From Octopus bimaculoides (Eukaryota), in the NCBI RefSeq assembly GCF_001194135.2, contig NC_068985.1, forward strand, positions 41,057,162-41,093,260: a stretch of DNA of 36,099 bases, given 5' to 3'. This document shows, in pieces, positions 10,821 to 22,003 of this stretch. Both the position numbers and the translations under genes were made by a program. Below the pieces are notes generated by a model. The model searched no databases. It worked only from the letters and a program-made list of their open reading frames with translations, and was not told where the DNA came from. Each line of letters opens with the position of its first letter. Positions within the stretch are counted from its first letter, which is position 1.

Positions 10821-11050
10821 AAAGAGCTGGTGCTTTTGAACAACATGTTTTGTGGCTTTTGTTCCGCCCATGTAACACAGATACTTCCTTGTCACTTTCA
10901 GTATTGTAAATATGGTGAACCTAGTTCGTTGAAAATCTGTAACTAACTCCATAAAATGAAATATAAATAAATATGTAACGAAAATATGGTAGTCAATCAC
11001 CAAGTATAGCTACTAATATGCATTGATTAAATGACTGAAGAAGAACAATA

Positions 11051-11270
11051 TTGGTTTCGAATTTTGGCACAAGGCCAGCTATTTCAGCAGAGGGTGTAAG
11101 TCGATTACATCGACCTCAGTGTTCAACTGGTACTTTTTTTATCGACCCTGAAAGGATGAGAGACAAAGTTGACCGCGGTGGAATTTCAACTCAGAACGTT
11201 AAGACGGACGAAATCCTGCAAAGCATTTTGCCCGACGTACCAACGATTCTGCTAGCTCACCGTCTTAAAA
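11051..11270 (-). mobile_element. SINE family C, full length, with 10-bp target-site duplication
   Basis: The minus strand gives the head ..GGTGAGCTAGCAGAATCGTTGG..GAGTTGAAATTCC (A/B boxes). AAGAACAATA occurs at 11041-11050 and 11271-11280. Confidence 0.9.
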
Positions 11271-12504
11271 AAGAACAATACTGATAAGTTATTGAGATGG
11301 CCATTTCATTTATATGATTTTTACGACAGTCGTTACAATGTAGAATATAACTTTCTTCGAGTTGTTTGGTGTACACAACTTGTTTGCTATTACAGCAAGC
11401 AAATTAATTGCCTTTAGTTCCACTGCCCATTGTGCTAATTTCAAGGGAGAGCATTTAAATTTGGACAAGGGAGACAACTAGTAAAATTATTAGTAATTAA
11501 GGGGAAGCAATGCTTTACAAAAAAAAAATCGGTTTAAAGATGTAAGGGAAATAAATTTGCAAATTAATCGTCCAAACAGTTGAGGACCGAGAATCAAACT
11601 TGGAGACCTAAGTTTGATTCTCGGTTGCAGGATTTCCCCTTCAGTGATGTTATCTAGTGTCTAGAGTATGGTACAGCTGTTACAAATTCCCAGTTACAAT
11701 AGTATTTTCTTTTTTCTAGAAATTCCCCGAATCATATTCGTAGATCATGTATAGAATTTCAGGCTGCAGACTCATGTCTGTCGAAAGACCGCGATAAGGA
11801 TTCCTTACCCGTTCTTGTCATGACCAGCCAAAATAACTTAGAAGGATACAGGAACAGGCTGAACTGGGGGAGGAAAAAATCCTTGTGACATTGTACACGG
11901 AACAGTCGTCGCCAACTTTTTGAAGGAACAATTGGAAGAGCTAAATTTGGAGGGCGATACAGTAAAAGTCGTATGCTAAACGTGCAAATGCCGAACTGTG
12001 TGTTATCGATCGAAGGACTAGATTTAAATTTAACAAGCATGTCGAAGATTCAAGTAAAACATATAATACAAATTTTAATGAACAAAGTTAGTTAAGAAAG
12101 CTTGAGAAACCCTTAAAACTTTAATGTGATATTTAAGGCTGAACTTTCTCAGCAAGTTTAGTAATGCTCATTGTTGTGTTAGTTATAGAAAACCTTAATA
12201 TTTGAAGCTTTGATCTAAATCTGGATATCACTAACGAAAATTTTGACATGAGCGCTATGGGAATTTATTTACAGGGCCACGAGTTGAGAGTAGTGACATA
12301 GTGCACATCATCACATTTCAGAATAAGAGAAGGTAATATAATATGTTTGGAAGATCGAGCCTTATTCTGTGATCGATTACATACTTATCATACCATTGTC
12401 AGATCGAACCATGCCGTCTTAAAAGATATATATATATTATAGGGACGGATAAAATGACATAAAATGACATAAAATGCATTGGGTTATATAGACCTTGATA
12501 TACT

Positions 12505-12785
12505 GGGCTCACAATCATGAAGTAGTGAGTTCGATTCCCGGACCGGGCTGTGTGTTGTGTTTTTGAGCAAGACACTTTATTTCACGTTGCTCCAGTTCAC
12601 TCAGCTGTAGAAATGAGTTGCAATGTTACTAGTACCAAGCTCTATCGGCCTTTGCCTTTCCCTTGGATAAAATAAATGGCGTGGTGAAGGGAGGCTGGTA
12701 TGGATGGGCGACTGCTGGTATTCCATAAACAACGTTGCTCGGACATGTGCCCTCAGAGGGTCACTTTCTAGATGCAATCCCATGG
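12505..12785 (+). mobile_element. SINE family D (tRNA head, CORE-like centre, D tail), A box missing
   Basis: Contains B box GAGTTCGATTCCC and centre TTGAGCAAGACACTTTATTTCACGTTGCTCCAGTTCACTCAGCTG. Colinear with the reverse complement of 24113-24426. Confidence 0.88.
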
Positions 12786-13083
12786 AAACAAATTTTCTTT
12801 NNNNNNNNNNNNNNNNNNNNNNNNNNNNNNNNNNNNNNNNNNNNNNNNNNNNNNNNNNNNNNNNNNNNNNNNNNNNNNNNNNNNNNNNNNNNNNNNNNNN
12901 NNNNNNNNNNNNNNNNNNNNNNNNNNNNNNNNNNNNNNNNNNNNNNNNNNNNNNNNNNNNNNNNNNNTTAAAGGCAGAGCATCCAAGTAAGATTTAGTAA
13001 GGTGCAACAAGACTGTTTTCGAAACTGGGAGTGGTTTGCACGCGCGTGTGTGCGGTGGGGTTCAAACGTGAACTGTGATTATT

Positions 13084-13370
13084 TTAACCCATTACCTACC
13101 AGTGATCTCATATGAGATCACTTAAAAATTACAAATTTTGTAATTATCTGTCAATATTTACACATATCTAACCTTTTTGTTTTATCTACTAAGGTATATT
13201 CCTCTGATATTCAAATGAGGTTTGCTAATTTTTCACCCAATATCTTGCTTATTTCTATTTAAAATGTTATTTTGATCATTCCAGCGTGTTTCTAAGGCTG
13301 TTTTATGCTAGAAATCAAAGTTTTATAAAAAAAATTCTAGTTAATAGAATTATGGGTGGTAATGGGTTAA
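13084..13370. mobile_element. piggyBac-like MITE (279 bp) with TTAA target duplication
   Basis: TTAA|CCCATTACCTACC at 13084-13100 and GGGTGGTAATGGG|TTAA at 13354-13370. The TIRs start CCC, match perfectly for 9 bp and imperfectly to about 13 bp. Confidence 0.8.
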
Positions 13371-13810
13371 AGGATGGGCCCGGAGATAGCTATGGTCTCA
13401 CCAACGCTTTGGCTCCTCGAACGACGCACCAGCCAACAACCCCTGTCATAAGCCATAGTTGAGGGATCCGATCTCAATATATATGTTGTATATATCTTAT
13501 CGTCAGTTAAACAATTAAAGGCAGATTAAGAGGTAAAGTGATGAAATTACATGCTGTAATTTATTTAGTTCAGCGCTGTAATGTTTCTGATAATTTGTCA
13601 CTTACTTATTTCACCTTTATAACATATTAAAACGATAATAACAACGACATCAGCAGCAGATATTTTACTCACTTTTCTATGGTTTCCGGATTTGAGAAAC
13701 TTTTCCGGCGCGATTTGTCACCAATATCGCAATTCTGAAAAATATATAGACAGAGAGATAATTAGATAATTAGGCAGACAGACATACAGATAGAGGGTGA
13801 AAAAGAGAGT

Positions 13811-13811
<1 letters not shown>

Positions 13812-13880
<69 letters not shown>
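13812..13880. repeat. (GA)n microsatellite running into a 700-N gap
   Basis: Directly visible. Confidence 0.95.
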
Positions 13881-14580
13881 NNNNNNNNNNNNNNNNNNNN
13901 NNNNNNNNNNNNNNNNNNNNNNNNNNNNNNNNNNNNNNNNNNNNNNNNNNNNNNNNNNNNNNNNNNNNNNNNNNNNNNNNNNNNNNNNNNNNNNNNNNNN
14001 NNNNNNNNNNNNNNNNNNNNNNNNNNNNNNNNNNNNNNNNNNNNNNNNNNNNNNNNNNNNNNNNNNNNNNNNNNNNNNNNNNNNNNNNNNNNNNNNNNNN
14101 NNNNNNNNNNNNNNNNNNNNNNNNNNNNNNNNNNNNNNNNNNNNNNNNNNNNNNNNNNNNNNNNNNNNNNNNNNNNNNNNNNNNNNNNNNNNNNNNNNNN
14201 NNNNNNNNNNNNNNNNNNNNNNNNNNNNNNNNNNNNNNNNNNNNNNNNNNNNNNNNNNNNNNNNNNNNNNNNNNNNNNNNNNNNNNNNNNNNNNNNNNNN
14301 NNNNNNNNNNNNNNNNNNNNNNNNNNNNNNNNNNNNNNNNNNNNNNNNNNNNNNNNNNNNNNNNNNNNNNNNNNNNNNNNNNNNNNNNNNNNNNNNNNNN
14401 NNNNNNNNNNNNNNNNNNNNNNNNNNNNNNNNNNNNNNNNNNNNNNNNNNNNNNNNNNNNNNNNNNNNNNNNNNNNNNNNNNNNNNNNNNNNNNNNNNNN
14501 NNNNNNNNNNNNNNNNNNNNNNNNNNNNNNNNNNNNNNNNNNNNNNNNNNNNNNNNNNNNNNNNNNNNNNNNNNNNNNNN

Positions 14581-14675
14581 TCGTCGGATTGACCATCACA
14601 GAGAAAGTTGAGCAGAGAATCTGCATCAAATTTTGCCAAAAGCTTGGTGATATATGCTCAGAGGCCTACGCAAAG
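14581..14675 (+). mobile_element. Mariner 5' fragment (transposase N-terminus)
   Basis: Reads TEKVEQRICIKFCQKLGDICSEAYAK, the mariner N-terminal 'EQR..IKFC..LG...SE' HTH start. Confidence 0.85.
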
Positions 14676-15263
14676 GTTTCAAAATGTTTTATCGTTCTCG
14701 ACACAATCAAGGAAATCTTGTGCAACTGAAACCAGAGTGGTTTTTGGTCGGCTAAAAGCAGTTTAGGCACAAACTTGGCAGACACTCGTCTCATACCCAA
14801 ATCTTTCGTGATAACCAACTGAACTGAACCGTAACTAATCTGCACATCCTCTGATAACTCACGGGTGGTGATTCGACGATTTCCTCTCACAGCTGCACGC
14901 ACATGGATCTCCAAGAACGTTCGTCAATATCGAAATTTTTCGGCCACTTTAGAAACGTCTGAACCACTCGTACACTTGTGTGCGGCTCATACACTCCTCT
15001 CCATACACTTTCTGCAACTTTGCGTAGGCCTCTGAGCATATATCGCCATGACAACTTTCTCTGTCCTGGTTAATGCGACGATCGCACGCTACACAACTTC
15101 ATTCCAAGCACTACTGTAAACAGCGAAAGTGAGCTAGAATGTTAAAACTTAGTGCGCATGCACAGCAGAGTTCAAGGTCAATCTTTACCCAGCGCCTTTA
15201 CTCTGCGTGCTTTAACTTTGTTACTATGGCAACAGTCCGGATACTTACTGATCACACCTCGTA
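14676..15263 (-). mobile_element. Mariner 5' half: left TIR, 5' UTR and decayed N-terminal transposase
   Basis: TIR TA|CGAGGTGTGATCAGTAAGTATCCGGAC at 15263-15235. Peptide fragments GDICSEAYAKLQKVYGEECMSRTQVYEWFRRF* and NRRITTRELSEDVQISYGSVQLVITKDLGMRRVSAKFVPKLL (WVPRxL-type motif). Truncated before the catalytic domain. Confidence 0.92.
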
Positions 15264-15611
15264 TATACACATGTGTGTGTGTGTGTGTGCGTGCGTGCGT
15301 GTGTGTGTGTGTGTGTGTAGATGTGTGTGCATTACATACACATATATATATATATATCGTTGCTATCATGTTAAACTGTCATATGTCCAAGTTTGGTCAA
15401 CTGCGTTTTTTTCAATATTTATTTTTGCTTGCAATAGCCGGTTCTTTTGGTCAATCTATCGTATCTCCAGCTGCTTCAGATGCCAAGATATCAAAAACTG
15501 TCAAAGTGTAGTACAACAGTTTTGCTATGGAATGATGAAACTATTTTTTCGTTTTCTGAAAAAGCAACGTTTTGGACTTACGATACTTTTGCACTATAGC
15601 AACGATGTATA

Positions 15612-15678
15612 TACAATAATCCCTTGATTAACGCGGGCGTTACGTTCCAAAACGTCCCGCGATAGGTGCAAACACGCT
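15612..15678 (+). mobile_element. Solo end of the Tigger-like MITE family
   Basis: TA|CAATAATCCCTTGATTAACGCGGGCGTTACGTTCCAAAAC..CCCGCGATAGGTG aligns with the reverse complement of 2360-2424. Confidence 0.7.
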
Positions 15679-15782
15679 TTATACAATTCACAATATAAAG
15701 CAGACAACTTAAAATATGCATCACACACACACACACACACACACACACGATTAATGTGTGCATGTGTGTGTGTGTGTGTGTG

Positions 15783-15833
<51 letters not shown>

Positions 15834-16052
15834 TATGTGTATGCATACGTGTTTACGTAGACTTGCACACATATCAGTGCTACCTATCAAGTTTATATCA
15901 ATTCGGTAAGTTTTCCATGAAGGACCGTTTAGCAATGGATTTAACATCACGTTGACAGGTCTCGACAGATTTGTATTACATACAAACACCACCTCCATAC
16001 CACTACCGCATCCAGTAACAGTAATGTGCTAAGGTGTGAGGATATTTTAGAT

Positions 16053-16125
16053 CACCGTGCACTTGTTCAGGAAACACCGATTTGATGGAGGGAATGAGTT
16101 AATGTACAACGTAGGTCATTTGATA
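16053..16125 (+). mobile_element. Tail fragment of SINE family E
   Basis: CACCGTGCACTTGTTCAGG..GATTTGATGGAGGGA..TAATGTACA..CATTTGAT matches 16324-16400. Confidence 0.65.
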
Positions 16126-16198
16126 AAAACGGAACGCCCATACGTCGTCTTCGACGAGAGAGTCCATCATGTGTGTGCGTGTGTGTGTGTGTATTTAT

Positions 16199-16445
16199 GA
16201 GGGCGCATGGCTAAGTGGTCAGGGCATTGTACTCACGATCGCGAGATCGTGGTTTCAATTCCTGGGCCGGATTTGTGTTCTTGAACAAAATATTTCATCT
16301 CACTTCGGCACCTGACGCGTGGTACACAGTGCACCTGTCCAGACAACGTCGTTTTGATGGAGGGTGCGACATAATGCACAGCACATACATTTGGTCACTA
16401 TAAACAAATCACGTGTACAGGTTGTTCAGCAAGAAATTACAGACC
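16199..16445 (+). mobile_element. SINE family E (tRNA head, truncated CORE-like centre, E tail)
   Basis: A box TGGCTAAGTGG, B box GGTTTCAATTCC, then TGTGTTCTTGAACAAAATATTTCATCTCAC. Confidence 0.75.
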
Positions 16446-16474
16446 CGTCCTTCTCGGACAGCGAGATACTATCA

Positions 16475-16640
16475 TATGTATGTCATTATGTCATTATTCA
16501 GTTTTATTTCAAGATTTCCTGCCAAGAGAGAAAGAGCCGGTTTCTAACCCAGATACAAGTCTCCTTCATTGGAATTTCAAAAATATCAACAGGATAGTTT
16601 GCATGTATGTGTGTATGTGTGCAGTATTTGGAAGCAGTGT
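16475..16640 (+). repeat. Dispersed module H, copy 1
   Basis: GTCATTATTCAGTTTTATTTCAAGATTTCCTGCCAAGAGAGAAAGAGCCGG...GTGCAGTATTTGGA matches the reverse complement of 26385-26590 and, more loosely, 26810-27000. Confidence 0.8.
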
Positions 16641-17250
16641 ACGTGTATGTATGTATGTATGTATGTATGTATGTATGCATGTATGCACGTCCGTATGTAT
16701 ATATGCATGACTATGTATGTATGTATGTATGTATGTATTACTATGTATGTATGTATATATGTATGTATGCATGTATGTATGTATGTATTACTATGTATGC
16801 TTGTATGTATGTATGTATGTATGCACGTCCGTATGTATATATGCATGACTATGTAGGTATGCATTACTATGTATGTATGTATGTATGTATTACTATGTGT
16901 GTATGTATATATGTATGTATGTATGCATGTATGTATGTATGCATTGCTATGTATGCTTGTATGTATGTATGTATGTATGTATGTATGTATGTATGTATGT
17001 ATNNNNNNNNNNTGCATGACTATGTAGGTATGCATTACTATGTATGTATGTATGTATGTATTACTATGTGTGTATGTATATATGTATGTATGTATGCATG
17101 TATGTATGTATGCATTGCTATGTATGCTTGTATGTATGTATGTATGTATGTATGTATGTATGTATGTATGTATGTATGTATGCACGTCCGTATGTATATA
17201 TGCATGACTATGTATGTATGCATTACTATGTATGTATGTATGTATGTTTG
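16640..17250. repeat. (GTAT)n array with higher-order variant units
   Basis: The variants GCACGTCCGTATG, GCATGACTATG and ATTACTATG recur. Near-identical blocks flank the 10-N gap at about 17003-17012. Confidence 0.9.
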
Positions 17251-17974
17251 AATTTATTTTGTCTAAAAATATGTTTGTATGTGTATACATGTCTATGTAT
17301 GTGTTTTGTGAACCAAACCTCAAGAATATTTTACATATTTTTGCAATTTACATTACTGGCTTGTAATTATCTAATTAGTTATGTCATTTCTGCTTTTGTG
17401 AAGGCCACCTTTTTGAAGAATGGTGCTTATACAGTCAGTTCCATTACTAACAAGTCCAGTAGTCACACGTATAACATGTGTCTGTGTGTGTGTGTGTTTG
17501 TGTGTGTGTTTATTTTTCTAGTTTTATGTTTCAAATTTCTCACTCATAAAGAGCCATTTGTTAACCTAGAAAAAAGGCTCTAGGCTGTTTCACTGGGATT
17601 TAGGCAATATGAATTATGTATGTATGTTAGTTTCTATGCATGTATTTATGTTTGTATATATATGCATGTATGTGTGTGTGTGTGTGTGGGGGGGGTCTTG
17701 GAAGGGTTGGTGTGAGTGTATGTTATGTATACCTGTCATTGCATGTACAGATCTGCATTTTTTAAAACTCATGTATGCACATACATATGTATCTGTGTCT
17801 AAACACACTGCAGGCTATGCTATGTATGAATGCATATTTGTGTGCATGTATGCATATCTATATGTATGTAAGTATACATATATACATATATACACACACA
17901 TAAAATGGCGGTGCCACAGCATGACCACAGCTCAAGAGCTGAAACTAGATAAAATGAAATATCTATCTATATAT

Positions 17975-18191
17975 ATATAATCCCTTCTGCTATAGGCATA
18001 AGGCCTGAAATTTTGGGGAGGAAGACTGTCGATGACATTGACCAGTACTCAACTGGTACTTAATTTATCGAACCCGAAAGGATGAAAAGCAAAGTCAACC
18101 TCGGCGGAATTTGAACTCAGAACGTAAAGACGGACGAAACACCGCTAAGCATTTCGCCTGGCGTGCTAACGATTCTGCCAGCTCGCCGCCT
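17975..18191 (-). mobile_element. SINE family C, full length (tail variant CCTT(A/G)TGC(C/T)TATAG(C/T)AGAA)
   Basis: The minus strand gives the head GGCGGCGAGCTGGCAGAATCGTTAGC..GAGTTCAAATTCC. The tail matches the copy at 23110-23322. Confidence 0.9.
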
Positions 18192-18334
18192 TTCTGTTTA
18201 TATATAATATGACTTCATTATGTAGCCGTAATGTATGCATTTATGTCTCATTCAGTAATGTTACCTGAAATATAGACACTTTCTTCAGTCATAGATCACA
18301 GGGCAAACATAAATTTCTCAGCAAGGAAATTTAT

Positions 18335-18340
18335 ATACCT

Positions 18341-18372
<32 letters not shown>

Positions 18373-18375
18373 TTT

Positions 18376-18414
<39 letters not shown>

Positions 18415-18424
18415 NNNNNNNNNN

Positions 18425-18469
<45 letters not shown>

Positions 18470-18842
18470 TTCCTTCCTTCCTTCCTTTCTTTCTTTCTTT
18501 GTCTTTAGTTTGTTTGTTTGTTTGTTTGTTTGTTTCTTTCTTTCTTTCGTCCTTCCTTCCTTCCTGTCTTTCTTTTTTTCTTTCTTTCTTTCTTCCTTTC
18601 GTTCTTTCGTCCTTCCTTCCTTTCTTTCTTTCTTCCTTCCTTTCTTTCTTTCTTTCTTCCTTCCTTCCTTCCATCCTTCCTTCCTTTCTTTCGTCCTTCC
18701 TTCCTTCCTTCCTTCCTTCCTTCCTTTATTTCTTTCTTTCTTTCTTTCTTCCTTCCTTCCTTTCTTTCTTTCGTCCTTCCTCCCTTCCTTCCATTCTTTC
18801 TTTCTTTCTTTCTTTCTTTCGTCCTTCCTTCCTTCCTTTCAT

Positions 18843-18897
<55 letters not shown>

Positions 18898-19305
18898 ATC
18901 TTTCGTCCTTCCTTCCTCCCTTCCTTCCTTCCTTCCTTCCATTCTTCCTTACTTCCTTTCTTTCTTTCTTTGTTTGTTTGTTTCTTTCTTTGTCTTTTGT
19001 TTTTTTGTTTCTTTCTTTATTTCTTTCTTCGTTTCTTTCTTTCTTTCTTTCTTTCTTTCGTCCTTCCTGTCTTTTTTTCTTTCTTTCTTTCTTTCTTCCT
19101 TTCGTTCTTTCGTCCTTCCTTCCTTTCTTTCTTTCTTCCTTCCTTTCTTTCTTCCTTCCTTCCATCCTTCCTTCCTTTCTTTCGTCCTTCCTTCCTTCCT
19201 TCCTTTCTTTCTTTCTGTCTTTCTTTCTTTCTTCCTTCCTTCCTTTCTTCCTTCCTTTCTTTCTTTCGTCCTTCCTTCATTCCTTCCATTCTTTCTTTCT
19301 TTCCT

Positions 19306-19349
<44 letters not shown>

Positions 19350-19967
19350 TCGTCCTTCCTTCCTTCCTTTCATTCTTTCATTCTTCCTTTCTTTCTTTGT
19401 TTCTTTCGTCCTTCCTTCCTTCCTTCCATCTTTCCTTCCTTCCATTCTTCCTTACTTCCTTTCTTTCTTTCTTTGTTTCTTTGTTTGTTTGTTTCTTTCT
19501 TTGTCTTTTGTTTTTTGTTTCTTTCTTTATTTCTTTCTTCGTTTCTTTCTTTCTTTATTTCTTTCTTTCTTTCTTTCGTCCTTCCTTCCTTTCTTCCTTT
19601 CTTTCTTTCGTCCTTCCTTCCTTCCTTCCTTCCTTCCTTTCTTTCTTTCTTTGTCTTTTGTTTGTTTGTTTGTTTGTTTCTTTCTTCCTTTCTTTCGTCC
19701 TTCCTTCCTTCCTTCATTCCTTCCTCTCTTTCTTCCTTTCGTTCTTTCGTCCTTCTTTCCTTCCTTCCTTCCTTTCTTTCTTCCTTCCTTCCTTCCTTCC
19801 TTTCTTTCTTCCTTCCTTCCTTCCTTTCTTTCTTTCTTCCTTCCTGCCTCCCTTCCTTCCTTCCTTTCTTTCTTTCTTTCTTTCTTTCTTCCTTTCTTTC
19901 TTTCTTTCGTCCTTCCTTCCGTCCTTCCTTCCTTTCTTTCTTTCGTTCTTTCGTCCTTCCTTCCTTC

Positions 19968-19998
<31 letters not shown>

Positions 19999-20027
19999 TA
20001 GTCCTTCCTTCCTTCCTTCCTTCCTTC

Positions 20028-20080
<53 letters not shown>

Positions 20081-20119
20081 TTCCTTCCTTCCTTTCTTTC
20101 TTTGTCTTTTGTTTCTTTC

Positions 20120-20151
<32 letters not shown>

Positions 20152-20551
20152 ATAGCCAACNNNNNNNNNNTGCTATGTATGCTTGTATGTATGTATGTAT
20201 GTATGTATGTATGTATGCACGTCCGTATGTATATATGCATGACTATGTATGTATGCATGACTATGTATGTATGTATGTATGTTTGAATTTATTTTGTCTA
20301 AAAATATGTTTGTATGTGTATACATGTCTATGTATGTGTTTTGTGAACCAAACCTCAAGAATATTTTACATATTTTTGCAATTTACTTCCTTCATTCCTT
20401 CTTTCCTTTCTTTCTTTCTTTCTTCCTTTCTTTCTTTCGTCCTTCCTTCCTTCCTTCCTTCCTTCCTTTCTTTCTTCCTTCCTTTCTTTCTTTCTTTCTT
20501 CCTTTGTCTTTTGTTTGTTTGTTTCTTCCTTCCTTCTTTCTTTCTTTCTTC

Positions 20552-20585
<34 letters not shown>

Positions 20586-20588
20586 ATA

Positions 20589-20620
<32 letters not shown>

Positions 20621-21135
20621 TTCCTTCCTTTCTTTATTTCTTCCTTTCGTTCTTTCTTTCATCCTTCCTTTCTTTCTTTCTTTCTTTCTTTCTTTGTCTT
20701 TTGTTTCTTTCTTGGCTGTCTGTCTGTCTGTATGTCTGTCTGTCTGACTATATAGCCAACTTTCTTTCGCCCATTCTCTCCTCTCTGCTTCTTTACTCCC
20801 ATTCTTTCTTTCTTTCTTCCTTCCATTCTTTCTTCCTTTCTTTCTTTTTTCTTTGTCTTTTGTTTCTTTGTTTCTTTGTTTCTTTCTTTCTTTCTTCCTT
20901 CCTTTCTTCCTTCCTTTCTTTCTTTCGTCCTTCCTTCCTTCCTTTCTTTCTTTCTTTCTTTCTTTGTCTTTTGTTTCTTTCTTGTCTGTCTGTCTGTCTG
21001 TTTGTCTGACTATATAGCCAACTTTCTTTCGCCCATTCTCTCCTCTCTTCTTCTTTACTCTCATTCTTTCTTTCTTTCTTTCTTTCTTCCTTTCCTTCTT
21101 TCTTCCTTTCCTTTCTTCCTTCCTTTCCTTTCATT
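18335..21135. repeat. 2.8 kb polypyrimidine (CTTT/CCTT)n satellite-like array with higher-order repeats
   Basis: Directly visible. The block 18895-19045 recurs at about 19405-19555. The motif GTCTGACTATATAGCCAACTTTCTTTCGCCCATTCTCTCC recurs at about 20740 and 21003, with a variant truncated by the gap at about 20145. Confidence 0.95.
20171..20386 (+). repeat. Near-identical duplicate of 17116-17351 lodged inside the CTTT array
   Basis: The unique part GTTTGAATTTATTTTGTCTAAAAATATG...TTTTTGCAATTTAC is identical by eye in both places; only the microsatellite lengths differ. Confidence 0.9.
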
Positions 21136-21778
21136 CATTCATTCATTCTATTCTATATACGTTCCATCTTTTTCTATTTTCTTTTATATCTATCTTTTCT
21201 TTTCGTTGTTTTTCTTCTTGTTGTTGCTGCTGCTGCTGATAATGATGACAATGAGGGTCAGTGTTGTGAATGACGGTATTGGTGGCGACAGCAGCAACGA
21301 CATTGCAAAAAACTTTTTTTTAATGGTTTAATCCGAAAGAAGAGGCAGTGCCTATGACCATGCCATCCCATTGTATCTCAGAAACTCAGTCTGTCTGTCT
21401 GTCTCCCTTTCTTTCTCTCCCCCTTCTCACCCCTTCCTCCTATCTGATACTATTTTTCTTTTTGCAATAACCGCTGAGATCGATGCATCGGATCTTCTTT
21501 ACGTTTCCTCAAAGTAACGACACTGATTTAAAAAGAAAATTACGTTTCTTCTCCGACATTGGTGAGTTCATATCAACGATGTTCACATTGAACATCCAAC
21601 ATGGCTGCAGGAAAACAAAAATGGAAAGAAGAGAGAATTCCCAAAGATTGACGTCCTGGTCAGAAACAAATAGGGGATACTTGTTGGTATTGGGTTAATG
21701 GTGATGAGACACAATGGAGGTGGTCACGGAGAGAGGAGGAGAGATGAATGTGAAATATGCAAGTAAAGAAGTTAAGAG

Positions 21779-21948
21779 AAGCAGGGGTGGCTGTGTGGTA
21801 AGTAGCTTGCTTACCAACCACATGTTTCCGGGTTCATTCCCACTGCGTGGCACCTTGGGCAAATGTCTTCTACTATAGCCTCGGGCCGACCAAAGCCTTG
21901 TGAGTAGATTTGGTAGACGAAAACTGAAAGAAGCCCGTCGTATATATA

Positions 21949-22003
<55 letters not shown>

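Noticed and set aside
15435-15582. Possible terminal exons on either strand (GSFGQSIVSPAASDAKISKTVKV* on plus; NEKIVSSFHSKTVVLHFDSF* on minus) and a W.DET-like word
   Set aside because: The readings are mutually exclusive, short and without homology, and the region lies between transposon fragments.
16850-17190. Apparent tandem duplication of about 160 bp within the GTAT array
   Set aside because: The two copies abut a 10-N placeholder gap, typical of overlapping contig ends; treated as an assembly artefact.
16480-17583. ORFs with MYVC / HTYI repeats, also at 201-402, 9701-10337, 2967-3739 and 33999-34467
   Set aside because: They are translations of (GTAT)n, (CA)n and (GCCT)n microsatellites.
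18499-21331. Long ORFs of 500-745 aa (F/L/S-rich on plus, R/K/E-rich on minus)
   Set aside because: They are translations of (CTTT/CCTT)n, which lacks stop codons in all plus frames; there is no coding signature.
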